DNA of 64,000 bases, taken from the NCBI RefSeq assembly GCF_006345805.1, contig NC_043017.1:17794001-17858000 (forward strand), read 5' to 3'. The notes under the pieces are model-generated. The model saw only the letters and a list, made by a program, of their open reading frames with translations, did not search any database and had not been told where the DNA came from. Origin of the DNA: Octopus sinensis. Taxonomy: Eukaryota. This document shows, piece after piece, positions 61,802 through 64,000 of this stretch. Within the stretch, counting starts at the first letter, position 1, and the number at the start of each line of letters is the position of its first letter. Both the position numbers and the translations under genes were made by a program.

Positions 61802-63470
61802 AGCTGAGATTTTCTTTTCATTTCATTCAATTCTGCTATATCTATTTTTGAATACCTATTAATATATCTCTCTATCAGCACATCTGTTGATATATCTGCC
61901 TTTGGTTTGGTCAAAGGTGAAACTGTCTTCAACCCCTTCAATCTGGCCCCCATCACAACCTCTTTTGCTGAAGACACTAGACAAATAAACATTGCCTGCC
62001 TTTTCCAACCTAAGGAAGGTTGCAGGACACTCTTCACAATGAACTCAGCCAATGGCTAGATGTGCCCTTCATGCGACTGTAGGTGTTCAACATAAACCCA
62101 CAAATCTGCAATGATTGGGCATTTGATGATTGTGTGCAGAATATTTTTGTTGCTCTGCATGCATCTCAGGCAGGTCTGACTGATGGCACTTCCTTGCCTG
62201 CAGAGTTTATCTCGAACTGGCAGTGCCAGTTCGAGATAAATGCTGCACACAATCAGCTCAGACTCAAATGATATGTACTCACTAAGGCGGCGAGCTGGCA
62301 GAAACGTTAGCACGCCGGGCGAAATGCGTAGCCGTATTTTGTCTGCCGTTACGTTCTGAGTTCAAATTCCGCCGAGGTCGACTTTGCCTTTCATCCTTCC
62401 GGGGTCGATAAATTAAGTACCAGTTACGCACTGGAGTCGATGTAATCGACTTAATCCGTTTGTCTGTCCTTGTTTGTCCCCTCTATATTTAGCCTCTTGT
62501 GGGTAATAAAGAAACAGATATGTACTCACTTTAGTCCATCAAAGACTAAATTGTTGCTTCGTTGTCATGTTGTGCTTCCATCACTCAGGCTCTTTGAATG
62601 GTTTTTGTTCCCTTTAGCTCTGACTATACAACCTTCGTGATTACCATTGAGGAATCGGTCAAAGGTCAATCTTGCCACAAGCACATTGGTTGTGATGGTT
62701 TTCCTAAGCACATCTCCTATGTTTCTAAGTTTTCCTCTGTTCTATTTCTTTCTATTGCTAATGCCTACCTAAACCCAATTGATTCTACTCTAATTGCCTT
62801 TTTCAGGGCAAACCACTATTTGCTGTTGAGGATTGACCCTGCCAAAACTGCTTAAGTAATTTGCTAACCTGTTCTCTGTAAGCTTGGCACAGCAGGACTG
62901 ATGCTTTCAGCTTCAAGAAACTAATTGGTACAAAGCTTATCTAGGTCAATTGTGTAAATAATAAATTTGTGGTTTGTGTAGCCAACAATTTTTAAAACAT
63001 GGACAGCATATGCTATCCATATCTCTTGGCCTACAGAATGCACTATCCAGGTATGACCTGGATGATCCAATGCATTTTGTCCACATTGACACATTGACAC
63101 ATTCAGGAAATCCAGTTGATACATGTCAGACAGTTCGAAATGTTTGAGCAGGTTTTCTAGGCTTTTGCATCCTCTTCTTTTATCAGTTAACCCCATATTA
63201 TCCAAATGTGCATCCAAGATGGTGTTTCAGCTACCCACAAGCACTAAAGGTCAAAATGTTCTCAGGAAAACCTCCAGACATCTGAAGAAATCTGGCTGTC
63301 TTACCCCTGTCAGAGCATAAGCAGCCACCAGTCTGAAAGTAACCCCATCACTGTTGTTCATATCCAAGACTATCAACTTACCTTCTGGATCATCTTCTGT
63401 AGCAAATCTCATTTCTCCCTTATAATACATGTTTTTGTACACTTGATAAGTCTCAGATACCTTTCAATTT
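61790..63470 (-). mobile_element. Decayed L1/Tx1-type LINE ORF2 (APE domain plus C-terminal Cys/His region; RT absent)
   Basis: EGKLIVLD..FRLVAAYA..DFFRCLEVFL..ILDAHLD..LSDMY..SRSYLD..TNHKFI (APE), then ALPVRDKL..CLRCMQS.KNILHTIIKCP..LW.YVE (zinc-knuckle region). Confidence 0.75.
62286..62516 (+). mobile_element. Family A SINE in the Tx1-like LINE
   Basis: TSD GATATGTACTCACT at 62270-62283 and 62517-62530. Confidence 0.92.
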
Positions 63471-64000
63471 GTAGCTGCGTTGCTTAATTTTCTGCCTGTT
63501 ATAGCTTATGGTTTTGTGTGCCACAGTTTTTCTATTTGTGTCTTACACTATGGCTTCAGGCATGTTAAGAGTAACTCTTCTTCCATTTCTGTATAATATG
63601 CTTTTTGCATTCTTTAAATCATTCACTAATGATTTTGTATTTTCTTGTGCTTGGTGCACCACAGCAACAAAACTGCCAAGGCTAGATTCTTAAATTGTTG
63701 TTTTCAGTATTTGTATTTATGTTAATGGTTGTTGGTGGTTGTGGTTGAATTTGCAGGTGTTGTATGAAGAATTTGTTTTTTCTTCTACTTGCTTTCCTTA
63801 TTGTTGTTGTTCTTGTTTCTTCAGTCAGCATTGGTAATGGCAGTGGTGGTGTTTTCCATATCTTTTTTCTTTCCTTTTGTTTATCACCAAAGTCACTGTC
63901 ATCATGATCACCACAACCATCACCACATGGTTTTCTCAAGCTTGGCTTCTCTCTCCTTTTTCTTCTCTTTGAATTTTTTCACTTTCCAATGCAGATCCAT

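Overview
Eukaryotic, AT-rich, repeat-dominated genomic DNA. It is most likely an octopus/coleoid cephalopod intron or intergenic region; this is an inference from SINE families recognised from memory and from microsatellite density, not from a database search. No intact host protein-coding gene, tRNA, rRNA or CRISPR array can be supported, and almost all ORF-track entries are artefacts of microsatellites, minisatellites or SINEs. The window holds about 20 copies of a tRNA-derived Nin-domain-like SINE (several as tandem multimers), about 8 copies of a CORE-like SINE, two further SINE families with RTE-type tails, and decayed RTE, CR1 and Tx1/L1 LINEs. It also holds a Penelope-like GIY-YIG remnant, a Helitron RepHel pseudogene plus non-autonomous Helitrons, two DD37D (maT) transposase remnants, piggyBac-, Merlin- and mariner-type MITEs, and two minisatellites. 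Best leads: (1) a set of minimal hammerhead-ribozyme-like motifs with palindromic helix III and atypical cores in short elements sitting at (TA)n tracts; (2) a near-perfect hairpin with 69-bp arms at 24.8 kb; (3) two SINE insertions flanked by unusually long (about 73-77 bp) direct repeats; (4) a SINE/RTE partner pair visible in the same window; (5) a head-to-tail Helitron junction; (6) several closely spaced inverted repeats that would be dsRNA/ADAR substrates if transcribed. Coordinates of decayed elements are approximate.
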